From contig JBJBDL010000003.1 of assembly GCA_047285305.1 (NCBI GenBank), positions 1,312,001 through 1,376,000 of the forward strand: a stretch of DNA of 64,000 bases, given 5' to 3'. Shown in pieces: positions 26,954-34,831 of the stretch. The translations under genes were made by a program, and so were the position numbers. Numbering within the stretch: the stretch's first letter is position 1; each line of letters opens with the position of its first letter. Source of the DNA: Synechococcus sp. (lineage in GTDB: Bacteria; Cyanobacteriota; Cyanobacteriia; PCC-6307; Cyanobiaceae). The notes under the pieces are model-generated. The model was not told the origin of the DNA. It saw only the letters and a list, made by a program, of their open reading frames with translations, and searched no databases.

Positions 26954-27292
26954 ATGCCTCTGATCAATGTGCGCACGTCGCTTTCAGCGCTGAAGGACGG
27001 ATCGGGGTTGCTAGAGGAGCTTTCGTCTGAGTTGGCCAACCAGACGGGCAAGCCGGAGGCCTACGTGATGACGCTCCTGGAGACGGGCGTGCCGATGACC
27101 TTCGCCGGAAGTCATGAGCCCTGTGCCTACGTGGAGGTGAAGTCGATCGGTGCCCTGCGTCCGCCCGCGATGACGGCCGCATTCTGTGAACTGATCCAGG
27201 CACGCACAGGAATCCCTGCCAACCGGGTGTACATCGGTTTTGACGATGTACAGGCCAGCTGTTGGGGTTGGAACGGCAACACCTTTGGGTAA
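26954..27292 (+). CDS. MIF-like phenylpyruvate tautomerase family protein
   Basis: N-terminal catalytic Pro (MPLINV), GKPEAYV, FAGS.EPCA, SIG, RVYIGF, WGWNG.TF. Confidence 0.9.
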   Translation: MPLINVRTSLSALKDGSGLLEELSSELANQTGKPEAYVMTLLETGVPMTFAGSHEPCAYVEVKSIGALRPPAMTAAFCELIQARTGIPANRVYIGFDDVQASCWGWNGNTFG

Positions 27293-27365
27293 CAACAGCT
27301 GCTAACAGCAGGTAACAAGCAAATTCGCGTTGTCAATCATCTTGCGTAGCGTTTGCTCAGCGCGA

Positions 27366-27539
27366 ATGATTGCTGTGAGTGAATCCTTCGGTGGTCTGCC
27401 CAACAAAGAGTTGAGTTCTGGTGTGTCGCAGTGGTGGCGCGAACGAGTTCAACACCTGATTGACTGCGGCCGGGCTGAGGATGCCCGCTGCCTTTACCTG
27501 GAGTTCGGGGTGGACAGTGCAGGAACGTTGGGTTTCTGA
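27366..27539 (+). CDS. microprotein with W-R-L-R-D-EF motif
   Basis: WWRERVQHLIDCGRAEDARCLYLEF. Confidence 0.6.
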   Translation: MIAVSESFGGLPNKELSSGVSQWWRERVQHLIDCGRAEDARCLYLEFGVDSAGTLGF

Positions 27540-27550
27540 AAACGCTCCAT

Positions 27551-27608
27551 AAAAAAGGAGGGTTCCCTGGGCCCTCCCGGAGTCGACGCATTATCCCTCA
27601 CCGGGATT
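27551..27608 (-). ncRNA. candidate NtcA-dependent small RNA (~58 nt)
   Basis: 5' hairpin ATCCC/GGGAT, single-stranded linker, GGAGGG/CCCTCC plus T6 terminator; NtcA box at activator spacing upstream. Confidence 0.5.
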
Positions 27609-27641
27609 CATTAACTGTTACTTATCGAACACTCAGCTGCT

Positions 27642-27655
27642 GTAGGTGTTGATAC
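27642..27655. promoter_or_regulatory. NtcA binding site
   Basis: GTA-GGTGTTGA-TAC; AACAGT lies 22 nt downstream on the minus strand. Confidence 0.65.
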
Positions 27656-27674
27656 TTGTTCCTGTCCGCAACGA

Positions 27675-27839
27675 TCAATTTAAGGATTGCTCCTGACGCC
27701 GCAAAATTTCGTAGGCCTGCCAAAGACCTTCAACGTCAGAGCACACCGCATGTCGGTTGCAGACGCGGTAGCGGCCCTGGCCCAAGGCATCAATGGTTGT
27801 GCCCTTGGAGGTGGCGCAGATGCGACTGATGCTCTCCAT
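27675..27839 (-). CDS. 54-aa hypothetical microprotein
   Basis: Manual translation MESISRICATSKGTTIDALGQGRYRVCNRHAVCSDVEGLWQAYEILRRQEQSLN. Confidence 0.6.
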   Translation of the reverse strand: MESISRICATSKGTTIDALGQGRYRVCNRHAVCSDVEGLWQAYEILRRQEQSLN

Positions 27840-27959
27840 GGCATTCGCTCAGTAAATCAAGGATCTACAGCCGCGGGGGGGCGGCATGCACATCTAATTT
27901 GCAGTTCTAAATCTCTTTTGCGGGAGAATATCCCGTTGGCTAATTGCTCACCGCCATAC

Positions 27960-27984
27960 AAAAACCGGGGCAGGCCCGGTTTTT
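27960..27984. terminator. bidirectional intrinsic terminator
   Basis: aaaaaccggg-gcagg-cccggttttt. Confidence 0.75.
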
Positions 27985-28013
27985 GTTCAGCTTTGTGCCG
28001 GAGTTTCGAACGC

Positions 28014-28097
28014 TCAGGCTTTGGAAGGCTTGGTGGTGAGTGCAGCAGACATGGCGGAAGCCAGGAGCATGCATCCGGCAACGGCAAGGAAACCCAT
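28014..28097 (-). CDS. 27-aa hydrophobic peptide
   Basis: Manual translation MGFLAVAGCMLLASAMSAALTTKPSKA, followed by the terminator. Confidence 0.4.
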   Translation of the reverse strand: MGFLAVAGCMLLASAMSAALTTKPSKA

Positions 28098-28143
28098 GGA
28101 TCAGGGGGAGGGGAGGACAGAGTCATCATTCCCACAGCTGGAG

Positions 28144-28329
28144 TCAGCTTTTGTTGCTGTTGGCACTGAATTCGGAAGAACCTTGCTTTCGGTCGCTTTT
28201 GGCCCTTTTCAGAGGCATCTCCTGGCGGTCGAGACACGAAGAACACAGCAATTTCCCATTGTTGCGCCAGTACGCCGCCATCGAGCGCTCGATGCGCATG
28301 GAGCACCCTTCACAGCGAAATAAAGGCAT
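28144..28329 (-). CDS. small zinc-finger-like protein
   Basis: CEGC...LLCSSC. Confidence 0.5.
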   Translation of the reverse strand: MPLFRCEGCSMRIERSMAAYWRNNGKLLCSSCLDRQEMPLKRAKSDRKQGSSEFSANSNKS

Positions 28330-28423
28330 CGACGGCTCCGCGACGTAGCTCTTCTAACGCAACGGCGCGGTTGAACCGGTGTTCTCTGTGACGATGGGTG
28401 CGCTTCGCTCGCCCCAGCTTTTG

Positions 28424-28723
28424 ATGCAGGCCCTGCGTTTGTTGCTGCTCACCCTGATGGCGCCTGTCGCCTCTGCCACCACTTCGTTTCAGCCCTTGGA
28501 TCGGGTGGAGGGTTGGTTGATCGAGCGACGTTTGGACGCAAACCAGGATCCGATCTGCCGTGCATCTGTGCCAGGACCTGGCACCTGGTTCTCGGCACGG
28601 GTTCATCTGGATGCGGACGACGAGATGGTGGTGCCTGCAGGGCTGCATCGGCCGGACGAAACGAGGCTGGAGGCTGTGCGTGATGCGCTCCGGCGTTGTC
28701 GCGCCAGTGTTCTTTATCTGTAG
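28424..28723 (+). CDS. secreted hypothetical protein
   Basis: Signal peptide ending in ASA; two Cys. Confidence 0.65.
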   Translation: MQALRLLLLTLMAPVASATTSFQPLDRVEGWLIERRLDANQDPICRASVPGPGTWFSARVHLDADDEMVVPAGLHRPDETRLEAVRDALRRCRASVLYL

Positions 28724-28779
28724 CGGATAAAGCTTTGTGGCTTGGAACGCTGCTGATCTGAAATCGAGCTATGAAATCA

Positions 28780-28850
28780 AGGTCGGCAGTTCCAAAATCG
28801 TCGACTCCTCACACCACCCGAGCCTCCGCTAAGCGCGGGGGCTTTTTTTT
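28780..28850 (+). ncRNA. Yfr1/Yfr10-like small RNA
   Basis: Exact ACTCCTCACAC at 28804-28814 between a 5' hairpin and an agcctccgc/gcgggggct plus T-tract terminator. Confidence 0.72.
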
Positions 28851-28931
28851 GCTTGATCCCGAAAAGCACCTTTCGATTTTGTGCTCAGCAAATGTTTTGC
28901 GGTTGTGATGTTTTTAACCGCTAGATCTCTG

Positions 28932-29117
28932 ATGTACTGCATCGAGAGGCTTGATACAGGAGGGCAGTGGATCCAGGAGATCTGCTTTAAAACGGAGTTC
29001 AAAGCCTTTGTGAATGCCCGCACCAAATCGCGCGCCACGTTGAAGACCTATCGCGTGGTGCATGCCACCTGGAATCAGGTGGTCACCGTTGTGCAGGGAT
29101 CAGCTGAACCCCATTGA
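28932..29117 (+). CDS. small hypothetical protein
   Basis: MYCIERLDTGGQWIQEICFKTEFKAFVNAR...YRVV. Confidence 0.65.
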   Translation: MYCIERLDTGGQWIQEICFKTEFKAFVNARTKSRATLKTYRVVHATWNQVVTVVQGSAEPH

Positions 29118-29227
29118 TCTGCCTTGCTTCGGCTTTTCCCGAGCCGTTGCGATCCCGAAGACTTCAAGGCTCTTTCTTGGATGTGAAATGTCCTGAGCCA
29201 TAACCGGTGGCCCATGCGCCTGTGGGC

Positions 29228-29440
29228 ATGATCCTCACGCGGTATCTCAGCAGTGAAGGTTGGGTGGAGGAGTGTTCCCATGCCAACGCTTTTGATGCCT
29301 ACATCGACGCAAGGCGACGTTGCGTGCTCCGAGGCTGCCCCTATCTGCTGGTGGATGCAGAGACCGGCAGCGCGGTCTCAGTGCTCACGGTGAAACAGTG
29401 TTTGCATCAGTACGGTGTCGAGGGGGATTTTCTGGCGTGA
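29228..29440 (+). CDS. small hypothetical protein (likely paralog of 28932-29117)
   Basis: GWVEECSHANAFDAYIDARR...YLLVD. Confidence 0.65.
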   Translation: MILTRYLSSEGWVEECSHANAFDAYIDARRRCVLRGCPYLLVDAETGSAVSVLTVKQCLHQYGVEGDFLA

Positions 29441-29496
29441 TCGCTTCAGGGGACCGACGCAAGAGCCGGCAAGATGGCGGTTGTTGAACCCTCCCG

Positions 29497-30162
29497 ATGG
29501 CGACGTTTCTGGTCACCGGCGCAAACCGTGGGATCGGCTTGGAATACTGCAGGCAGCTAAAGGCCCGTGGCGATGACGTGGTGGCCGTTTGCCGTCAAAC
29601 CAGTGATGAACTGGAGTGCCTGGGGGTGCGGGTGGAAGCCGGCCTTGAGTTGAGCGACAGCCAAGCCATTGATGACTTGGTGCAGCGTCTGGATGGTTTG
29701 CCTCTCGATGGCGTCATCCTCAATGCCGGGATTTTGCAGTCGATGGGCCTGATGGATTTGGATCCCTCCGGGATTTGCCGCCAGTTTGAGGTGAATGCCC
29801 TTGCGCCCTTGATGCTGGCCAGGGCGTTGGTGGATCAGATGCCCAGCGGAGCCAAGTTGGTGCTGATGACCAGCCGCATGGGCTCCATCGACGACAACAG
29901 CTCGGGAGGTTCCTATGGCTATCGGATGTCGAAAGTGGCCCTCAACATGGCCGGAAAATCGTTGGCGATTGATCTGGAATCGCGGGGTATCGCTGTGGCG
30001 ATTTTGCATCCCGGATTGGTTCGCACCCGCATGATTCGCTTCAATCCCAGCGGGATCCCCCCCGAGCAGTCGGTGAAGGGTCTGCTGGCACGGATCGATG
30101 GCTTGACCATGGCCACCAGCGGCAGCTTCTGGCATGCCAATGGTGAGTTATTGCCGTGGTGA
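29497..30162 (+). CDS. short-chain dehydrogenase/reductase (C-factor-like subfamily)
   Basis: TGANRGIG, NAG, SRMGS, YRMSK, HPGLVRT. Confidence 0.93.
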   Translation: MATFLVTGANRGIGLEYCRQLKARGDDVVAVCRQTSDELECLGVRVEAGLELSDSQAIDDLVQRLDGLPLDGVILNAGILQSMGLMDLDPSGICRQFEVNALAPLMLARALVDQMPSGAKLVLMTSRMGSIDDNSSGGSYGYRMSKVALNMAGKSLAIDLESRGIAVAILHPGLVRTRMIRFNPSGIPPEQSVKGLLARIDGLTMATSGSFWHANGELLPW

Positions 30163-30177
30163 GACAGGAGACATGCT

Positions 30178-30963
30178 TTGGGCTTTGATCCGCGTCAGTG
30201 GTCAGGCGGACGCCCTGAACAACGGGTCACCAGCAATGTTGAGGCGTTGCTGGCGGAGAACGACGCTTTGCGTCGCGAGGTGTTGCGGCTCAACCGTGAG
30301 TTGGAGCGACTGCAACGTCAGCAACGCCAACGCATTCGTACGGAGCCCAGATCCCATCGTCCCTGGAGTGAGCCATCGGCACAAGCTCCACCGCGTATCA
30401 GCGGCCAACAGGTGCGGGCCTGGGGGCAGGCCCTCGCTCAGCAGCCGGGATGGACGGCACTGCGTCAGCGCGGATTGGAGCTGTTGATTGAGCAGCTCAA
30501 CCGCAGCGGTTTCCCTGCCCACTTAAACCTTGAACAGCGGTTGGATCGGTTGGTTCGAGGGCTTGGAACAGATCTCATGGCGGCGGTGGGACCCAAGCCG
30601 AATAAGCAAACAACGGCCGTTCTGGCGGCGTTTGCCGTGTTTGGGGTTCGCGCCAGTGAATGGCTGGATGAGGATCCAAAGCGTGTGGTGGAGCAGCTGC
30701 GTCAGCATCAGGATCAATCAGGTTCCAGACGGCAGGGTCGCCGCACCCGAACGGACCAACGTCAAACGGATCGTCAGGATGATGGCTATGCCCGTGATCC
30801 ACGCAGTGCAGCTTTAAGGGTGTTGGGCTTGGATGCCAACGCGTCCCTCGCTGAGATCAAGCAGGCGCATCGAAAACTGGTGAAGCAGCACCATCCCGAT
30901 CTCGGTGGTTCTGCTGAGGCGTTTCGACGCGTCAATGAGGCGTATCAGTCGTTGGTTCAGTAA
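30178..30963 (+). CDS. coiled-coil protein with C-terminal J domain
   Basis: LGL...AEIKQAHRKLVKQHHPD.GG...F..VNEAY. Confidence 0.88.
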   Translation: MGFDPRQWSGGRPEQRVTSNVEALLAENDALRREVLRLNRELERLQRQQRQRIRTEPRSHRPWSEPSAQAPPRISGQQVRAWGQALAQQPGWTALRQRGLELLIEQLNRSGFPAHLNLEQRLDRLVRGLGTDLMAAVGPKPNKQTTAVLAAFAVFGVRASEWLDEDPKRVVEQLRQHQDQSGSRRQGRRTRTDQRQTDRQDDGYARDPRSAALRVLGLDANASLAEIKQAHRKLVKQHHPDLGGSAEAFRRVNEAYQSLVQ

Positions 30964-31041
30964 GGCCTTGGTTCGATAACGCGGCCTTTGCCGTGTTGAT
31001 CGGTCTTGTCCGATGATCTAGGACAGCAACAGGTGGTGTTG

Positions 31042-31161
31042 ATGCCGGTGGAAGTTGGTGTGGTGCTGATTGGTTCTGGCTTTGCCGTGGGAGTGTCCCT
31101 CGCCGTCGCAGTTTGGTTTGAACGTTGGAAGGAAAAACAGCCAGATCCTGAAGGCAAATGA
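31042..31161 (+). CDS. 39-aa membrane microprotein
   Basis: Manual translation MPVEVGVVLIGSGFAVGVSLAVAVWFERWKEKQPDPEGK. Confidence 0.5.
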   Translation: MPVEVGVVLIGSGFAVGVSLAVAVWFERWKEKQPDPEGK

Positions 31162-31167
31162 GCCATG

Positions 31168-31192
31168 AAAAAGCCCCGCCGAGGCGGGGCTT
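31168..31192 (-). terminator. intrinsic terminator of the DUF4278-like peptide gene
   Basis: Minus strand aagccccgcc-tc-ggcggggcttttt. Confidence 0.8.
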
Positions 31193-31214
31193 GCAAGAGG
31201 TCGTCATGCTGATG

Positions 31215-31319
31215 TCATCGGGCGACTTTCTTACCGCAATAAACAAGAACTTGGCGCTGAACGTTGGATGCAGCAGCGTTGTTCTGGTTGTACTTCTGGC
31301 CGCGATAGGTAAGGGTCAT
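31215..31319 (-). CDS. DUF4278-like 34-aa peptide
   Basis: Manual translation MTLTYRGQKYNQNNAAASNVQRQVLVYCGKKVAR; GAGGAA RBS. Confidence 0.82.
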   Translation of the reverse strand: MTLTYRGQKYNQNNAAASNVQRQVLVYCGKKVAR

Positions 31320-31334
31320 GATGGGTTCCTCGAA

Positions 31335-31400
31335 GCAACCTCAGGTCCCCGTTCCATGGCCTGAGTCAAACTGCGCCTCGCCGAAAACGCAGTGAACGTG
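31335..31400 (-). promoter_or_regulatory. glutamine riboswitch (downstream-peptide / class II type)
   Basis: Minus strand CGTTCA...GGCGCAG...CTCAGGCCATGGAACGGGGACCTGAG directly upstream of the LTYRG peptide. Confidence 0.8.
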
Positions 31401-31405
31401 ATTGC

Positions 31406-31419
31406 GTAGCAGTTGCTAC
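31406..31419. promoter_or_regulatory. NtcA binding site (repressor position)
   Basis: GTA-GCAGTTGC-TAC, near-perfect palindrome abutting the riboswitch 5' end. Confidence 0.75.
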
Positions 31420-31822
31420 AAATTTTTTGTAGGGGTGGCGACAATCCACGTGTCGATTGTGCTTTTAAGAACAAGAATTCTGTTGGCTCAGATTGTTTGA
31501 TTCCGGCCTTCAAGTGCTTCAAGCGCTTTTGGGTGGTGTGTGCACCGGGCGTGGCTTGAGTTGTGGTGCTTTCTGGGTCATCACAGCTGAAGGTGAATTG
31601 ATTTGATTCTGTCGCCGCTTGATTGGTCGGAATGATGGATCGGCTACCGATCACGAGGTTTTTGCGCTGATCGCTCTGGATCGGACTCAAAGCTTCCATT
31701 AATTCGTTGTTCTACTGAACAGTTCTGCTGCGATTAAGTGATCCTTGATGCTTACTCAGTGTGAAGCTCATGGCGCCGAAGGACGCCATCCGTACGGTGT
31801 GGGCAGGTTAGTTTTCGCGGTC

Positions 31823-32014
31823 ATGAACAGCTCTCAGAGCAAGGATGATTGGGTGAAGGCGCAGCAGCATAAGTTCCATAAACCCATTGATGTCGACACC
31901 TTGATGTGGGTGCGCAATCGCTTGATGCGCTTGGAAGTGGAGGCCCGTTGGGCCGACCGCATCTGTGTATTTGAAGAGTTTTTCCCCAACGACGCGATCA
32001 TTCCGCGCATTTAA
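31823..32014 (+). CDS. microprotein with W-R-L-R-D-EF motif
   Basis: WVRNRLMRLEVEARWADRICVFEEF. Confidence 0.6.
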   Translation: MNSSQSKDDWVKAQQHKFHKPIDVDTLMWVRNRLMRLEVEARWADRICVFEEFFPNDAIIPRI

Positions 32015-32023
32015 GACACAGCC

Positions 32024-32671
32024 ATGTTTTTGACTGTTTTTGGCCAGAAAGGTGGTGTGGCGAAAACCTGCACCAGCATTCATTTGGCTTGTGTTTGGGC
32101 TCAGCAGGGCCTGTCGGTGTGTGTTGTTGATGCGGATCGCAACCGCTCGGCAACCGCCTACGCAGCCCGGGGGATGCTTCCGTTTGAGGTGGTGCCTGTT
32201 GAGGCTGCAGCAAAGGCCACCCGACATGCCCAAGTGATCATCACCGATGGGCAGGCCAGCAGCCACGAGGATGAACTCAAGAATCTTTCGGCCGGAGCAG
32301 ATCTTGTTTTGCTGCCCACCACGCCGCAGGCGAGATCGGTTGAGCTCACGATTGAACTCTCCTCAATCCTTAGGCAGATGGACACTATGCATGCCGCGTT
32401 GTTGGTGAAGGTGGACAGCCGAAAACAACGGCTTGCGCAGGAAGCACGTCAAATTTTGGAGGGTTTTGATGTGGATGTGATGCAGGCGGAAATCCCCTTG
32501 TTGGCGGCGTTTGAAAAAGCAGAGGTGGAGGGTGTTTGTGTGTCGAATGCCGTCGATGATCGTGGCCGTGCCGATCTGCGGCGCATGGGGGGCTGGGCTT
32601 CCTATTGCCAGGCCGCTGTCCAGATCCGTGATCGCTTGTTGGCAGAAACGCCTAACGCCATCAGTGCTTGA
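32024..32671 (+). CDS. orphan ParA family ATPase
   Basis: Deviant Walker A QKGGVAKT, VVDAD, IITDG, ADLVLLPT. Confidence 0.88.
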   Translation: MFLTVFGQKGGVAKTCTSIHLACVWAQQGLSVCVVDADRNRSATAYAARGMLPFEVVPVEAAAKATRHAQVIITDGQASSHEDELKNLSAGADLVLLPTTPQARSVELTIELSSILRQMDTMHAALLVKVDSRKQRLAQEARQILEGFDVDVMQAEIPLLAAFEKAEVEGVCVSNAVDDRGRADLRRMGGWASYCQAAVQIRDRLLAETPNAISA

Positions 32672-33049
32672 TCACGAAACAGCTCACTTCTGGCGTCGGT
32701 CGCCAATCAGACAGATCTTCTGAGCTTCAGCCGCAAAAATTGGGAAAGGTGATTGAAGGTTGATGGGACGCAGTTCTTGGTTAAAAAACCCCACCCGTTG
32801 CTCAGCCGCATCCACCTGGCAGCCTCAGGCGCAATCCGCTTCTTCTGGCCAGGCGACGGTGAATCCTTCCGCTGCGGCGGTTCTGATCAAGACGCCGAGC
32901 ATTCCCACTAAAGCCGAATGATCGAAGCTGTTGTGATGCTTGCCATGGGTTTGTCGATGGCCGGCGTGGTGCTTGGCAATCTGAACAACGACGAGTCCGT
33001 TTAAGTTCAAAGGCTCTTGCTGCTTTTGATTAAGACCTTGTTTGCCTTC

Positions 33050-33181
33050 ATGCTCGGGGAGCTTGAGATCAGCAATCTCACAGCGGTCTTCCTCGCTCTG
33101 GTCGCGGTGATCTTTGTGGGCAGCTTCGCCTTGGTGTCGTTGCAGACCGGTGAGTTGATCAAACCCCCAAACAACGAATGA
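33050..33181 (+). CDS. 43-aa membrane microprotein
   Basis: Manual translation MLGELEISNLTAVFLALVAVIFVGSFALVSLQTGELIKPPNNE. Confidence 0.55.
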   Translation: MLGELEISNLTAVFLALVAVIFVGSFALVSLQTGELIKPPNNE

Positions 33182-33194
33182 GTCTGAAAGGTTG

Positions 33195-34829
33195 ATGCCT
33201 GATCAAGCCAAGGTCGCCAGCGTGGATTGCTCCCACGTGATGGTGATCGGCGCTGGCTGGGCCGGCTGGGGTGCAGCCAAAGCCCTCTGCGAAGCCGGTG
33301 TTCGCGTCACCCTGGTCGATGGGATGTCGGATCCCACGGGGAGGACGCCGATGCGCACCGCCAGCGGTAAACCCTTCGAAGCGGGCACCCGGGGCTTTTG
33401 GAGGGATTACCCCAACATCAATTCGCTGACCGATGAGCTTGGGCTCACCGATGTGTTCACTGAATTCACCACCAGCGCCTTCTGGTCTCCCGCTGGTCTG
33501 GAGGCCTCTGCCCCGGTTTTCGGTGACGGGTTGCAGTTGCCCAGCCCCCTGGGGCAGGCCATGGCAACGATCAAGAACTTCAAGCGCCTGCCTGTTGCCG
33601 ATCGCCTGAGCATTGCCGGCCTTTTGGTGGCGATGCTTGATCTGAACCGCAACGAGGAGACCTTCCGGCGTTACGACGCCATCGATGCGTTGACCCTCTT
33701 CCGCCAACTTGGAATCACGGAGCGGATGATCGACGAATTCTTGCGTCCGATTCTTTTGGTGGGTCTGTTCAAGCCACCTGAGGAATTATCGGCAGCCGTC
33801 ACCATGGAGCTGCTCTACTACTACGCCTTGGCGCATCAAGACTCCTTTGATGTGCGCTGGATTCGTTCCGGCAGCATCGCCGAGCAGCTGATCGCTCCCC
33901 TGGCGGAACGCCTGCTCGACTCCGGTTTGCTCACTGTTCTGGGTGGAACATTGGCCACGCGCCTGAATTTTGATCAGCTACGCGATGAGATTCGGTCGGT
34001 GGAGGTCCGCTGCAAAGCAACAGGCCGCTCCAGTGTTGTCGATGATATTGATGCGGTTGTGCTGGCTGTCGGTGCCAATGGCATGCATGCCCTGATGGCG
34101 GAGTCGCCGCGTTGCAGTGATGCGCTGCCGGAGCTGGCGGCTGCTGGCGGTTTGGGTGCGATTGATGTGGTCTCGGTGCGGTTGTGGCTGGATCGCACCA
34201 TCGCGGTCGCAGATCCCGCCAATGTCTTCTCGCGCTTTGACGCCTTACAGGGCTCGGGCGCCACTTTTTTCATGCTCGACCAGCTGCAGCACGTGGATCT
34301 TGATGCGCTCTGGGGCGGCAGCGAGCCCCAGGGATCCGTGGTAGCCAGCGACTTCTACAACGCCACGGCAATCGCAGCCTTGAGTGCTCAGGAGATCGTC
34401 GACACCCTGCTGAATGAGCTGTTGCCCCAGGCGGTGCCGGCCTTCCGGCTTGCCCAGGTGCTGGAGTTTGAGGTGCGGCGTTACCCGGGCTCGGTGTCGT
34501 TTTTCTCCCCCGGCAGTTTCAACCAACGGCCGCCGCTGCAGACAGCACTTCCGTCTGTGGTCTGTGCTGGCGACTGGGTGCGAATGGGCGATCGCGAGCA
34601 CGGTGCCAAGGGCCTGTGCCAGGAACGGGCCTACGTCTGCGGCCTCGAGGCGGCCAATGCCTTGATGCGCAGTGGGGTGGTGAGAGGGGCGAATGCTGCG
34701 ACCTGCCCAGAGCATCCCGTGCGTCCGATCCGTCCGGAAGAACCCCAGGTGCTGTTGGGCCGGGCCCTCAACAAACTCGTGATGGGCCGCCTAGAGGCTT
34801 TCGGGATCCGTTGGCCTTGGTTGGCCTGA
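33195..34829 (+). CDS. FAD-dependent oxidoreductase, carotenoid desaturase-like (amino oxidase family)
   Basis: VIGAGWAGWGAA, FEAG.RGFW.DY.N, AGDWV...CQERA. Confidence 0.85.
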   Translation: MPDQAKVASVDCSHVMVIGAGWAGWGAAKALCEAGVRVTLVDGMSDPTGRTPMRTASGKPFEAGTRGFWRDYPNINSLTDELGLTDVFTEFTTSAFWSPAGLEASAPVFGDGLQLPSPLGQAMATIKNFKRLPVADRLSIAGLLVAMLDLNRNEETFRRYDAIDALTLFRQLGITERMIDEFLRPILLVGLFKPPEELSAAVTMELLYYYALAHQDSFDVRWIRSGSIAEQLIAPLAERLLDSGLLTVLGGTLATRLNFDQLRDEIRSVEVRCKATGRSSVVDDIDAVVLAVGANGMHALMAESPRCSDALPELAAAGGLGAIDVVSVRLWLDRTIAVADPANVFSRFDALQGSGATFFMLDQLQHVDLDALWGGSEPQGSVVASDFYNATAIAALSAQEIVDTLLNELLPQAVPAFRLAQVLEFEVRRYPGSVSFFSPGSFNQRPPLQTALPSVVCAGDWVRMGDREHGAKGLCQERAYVCGLEAANALMRSGVVRGANAATCPEHPVRPIRPEEPQVLLGRALNKLVMGRLEAFGIRWPWLA

Positions 34830-34831
34830 GC

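Noticed and set aside
27289..27322. Triple TAACA repeat after the MIF gene
   Set aside because: Irregular spacing, and the first copy includes the stop codon
31316..31699. 127-aa minus-strand ORF
   Set aside because: Runs through the riboswitch and NtcA site; no protein-like features
32825..33010. 61-aa minus-strand ORF after parA as a ParB partner
   Set aside because: Opposite strand, TTG start, no DNA-binding motif
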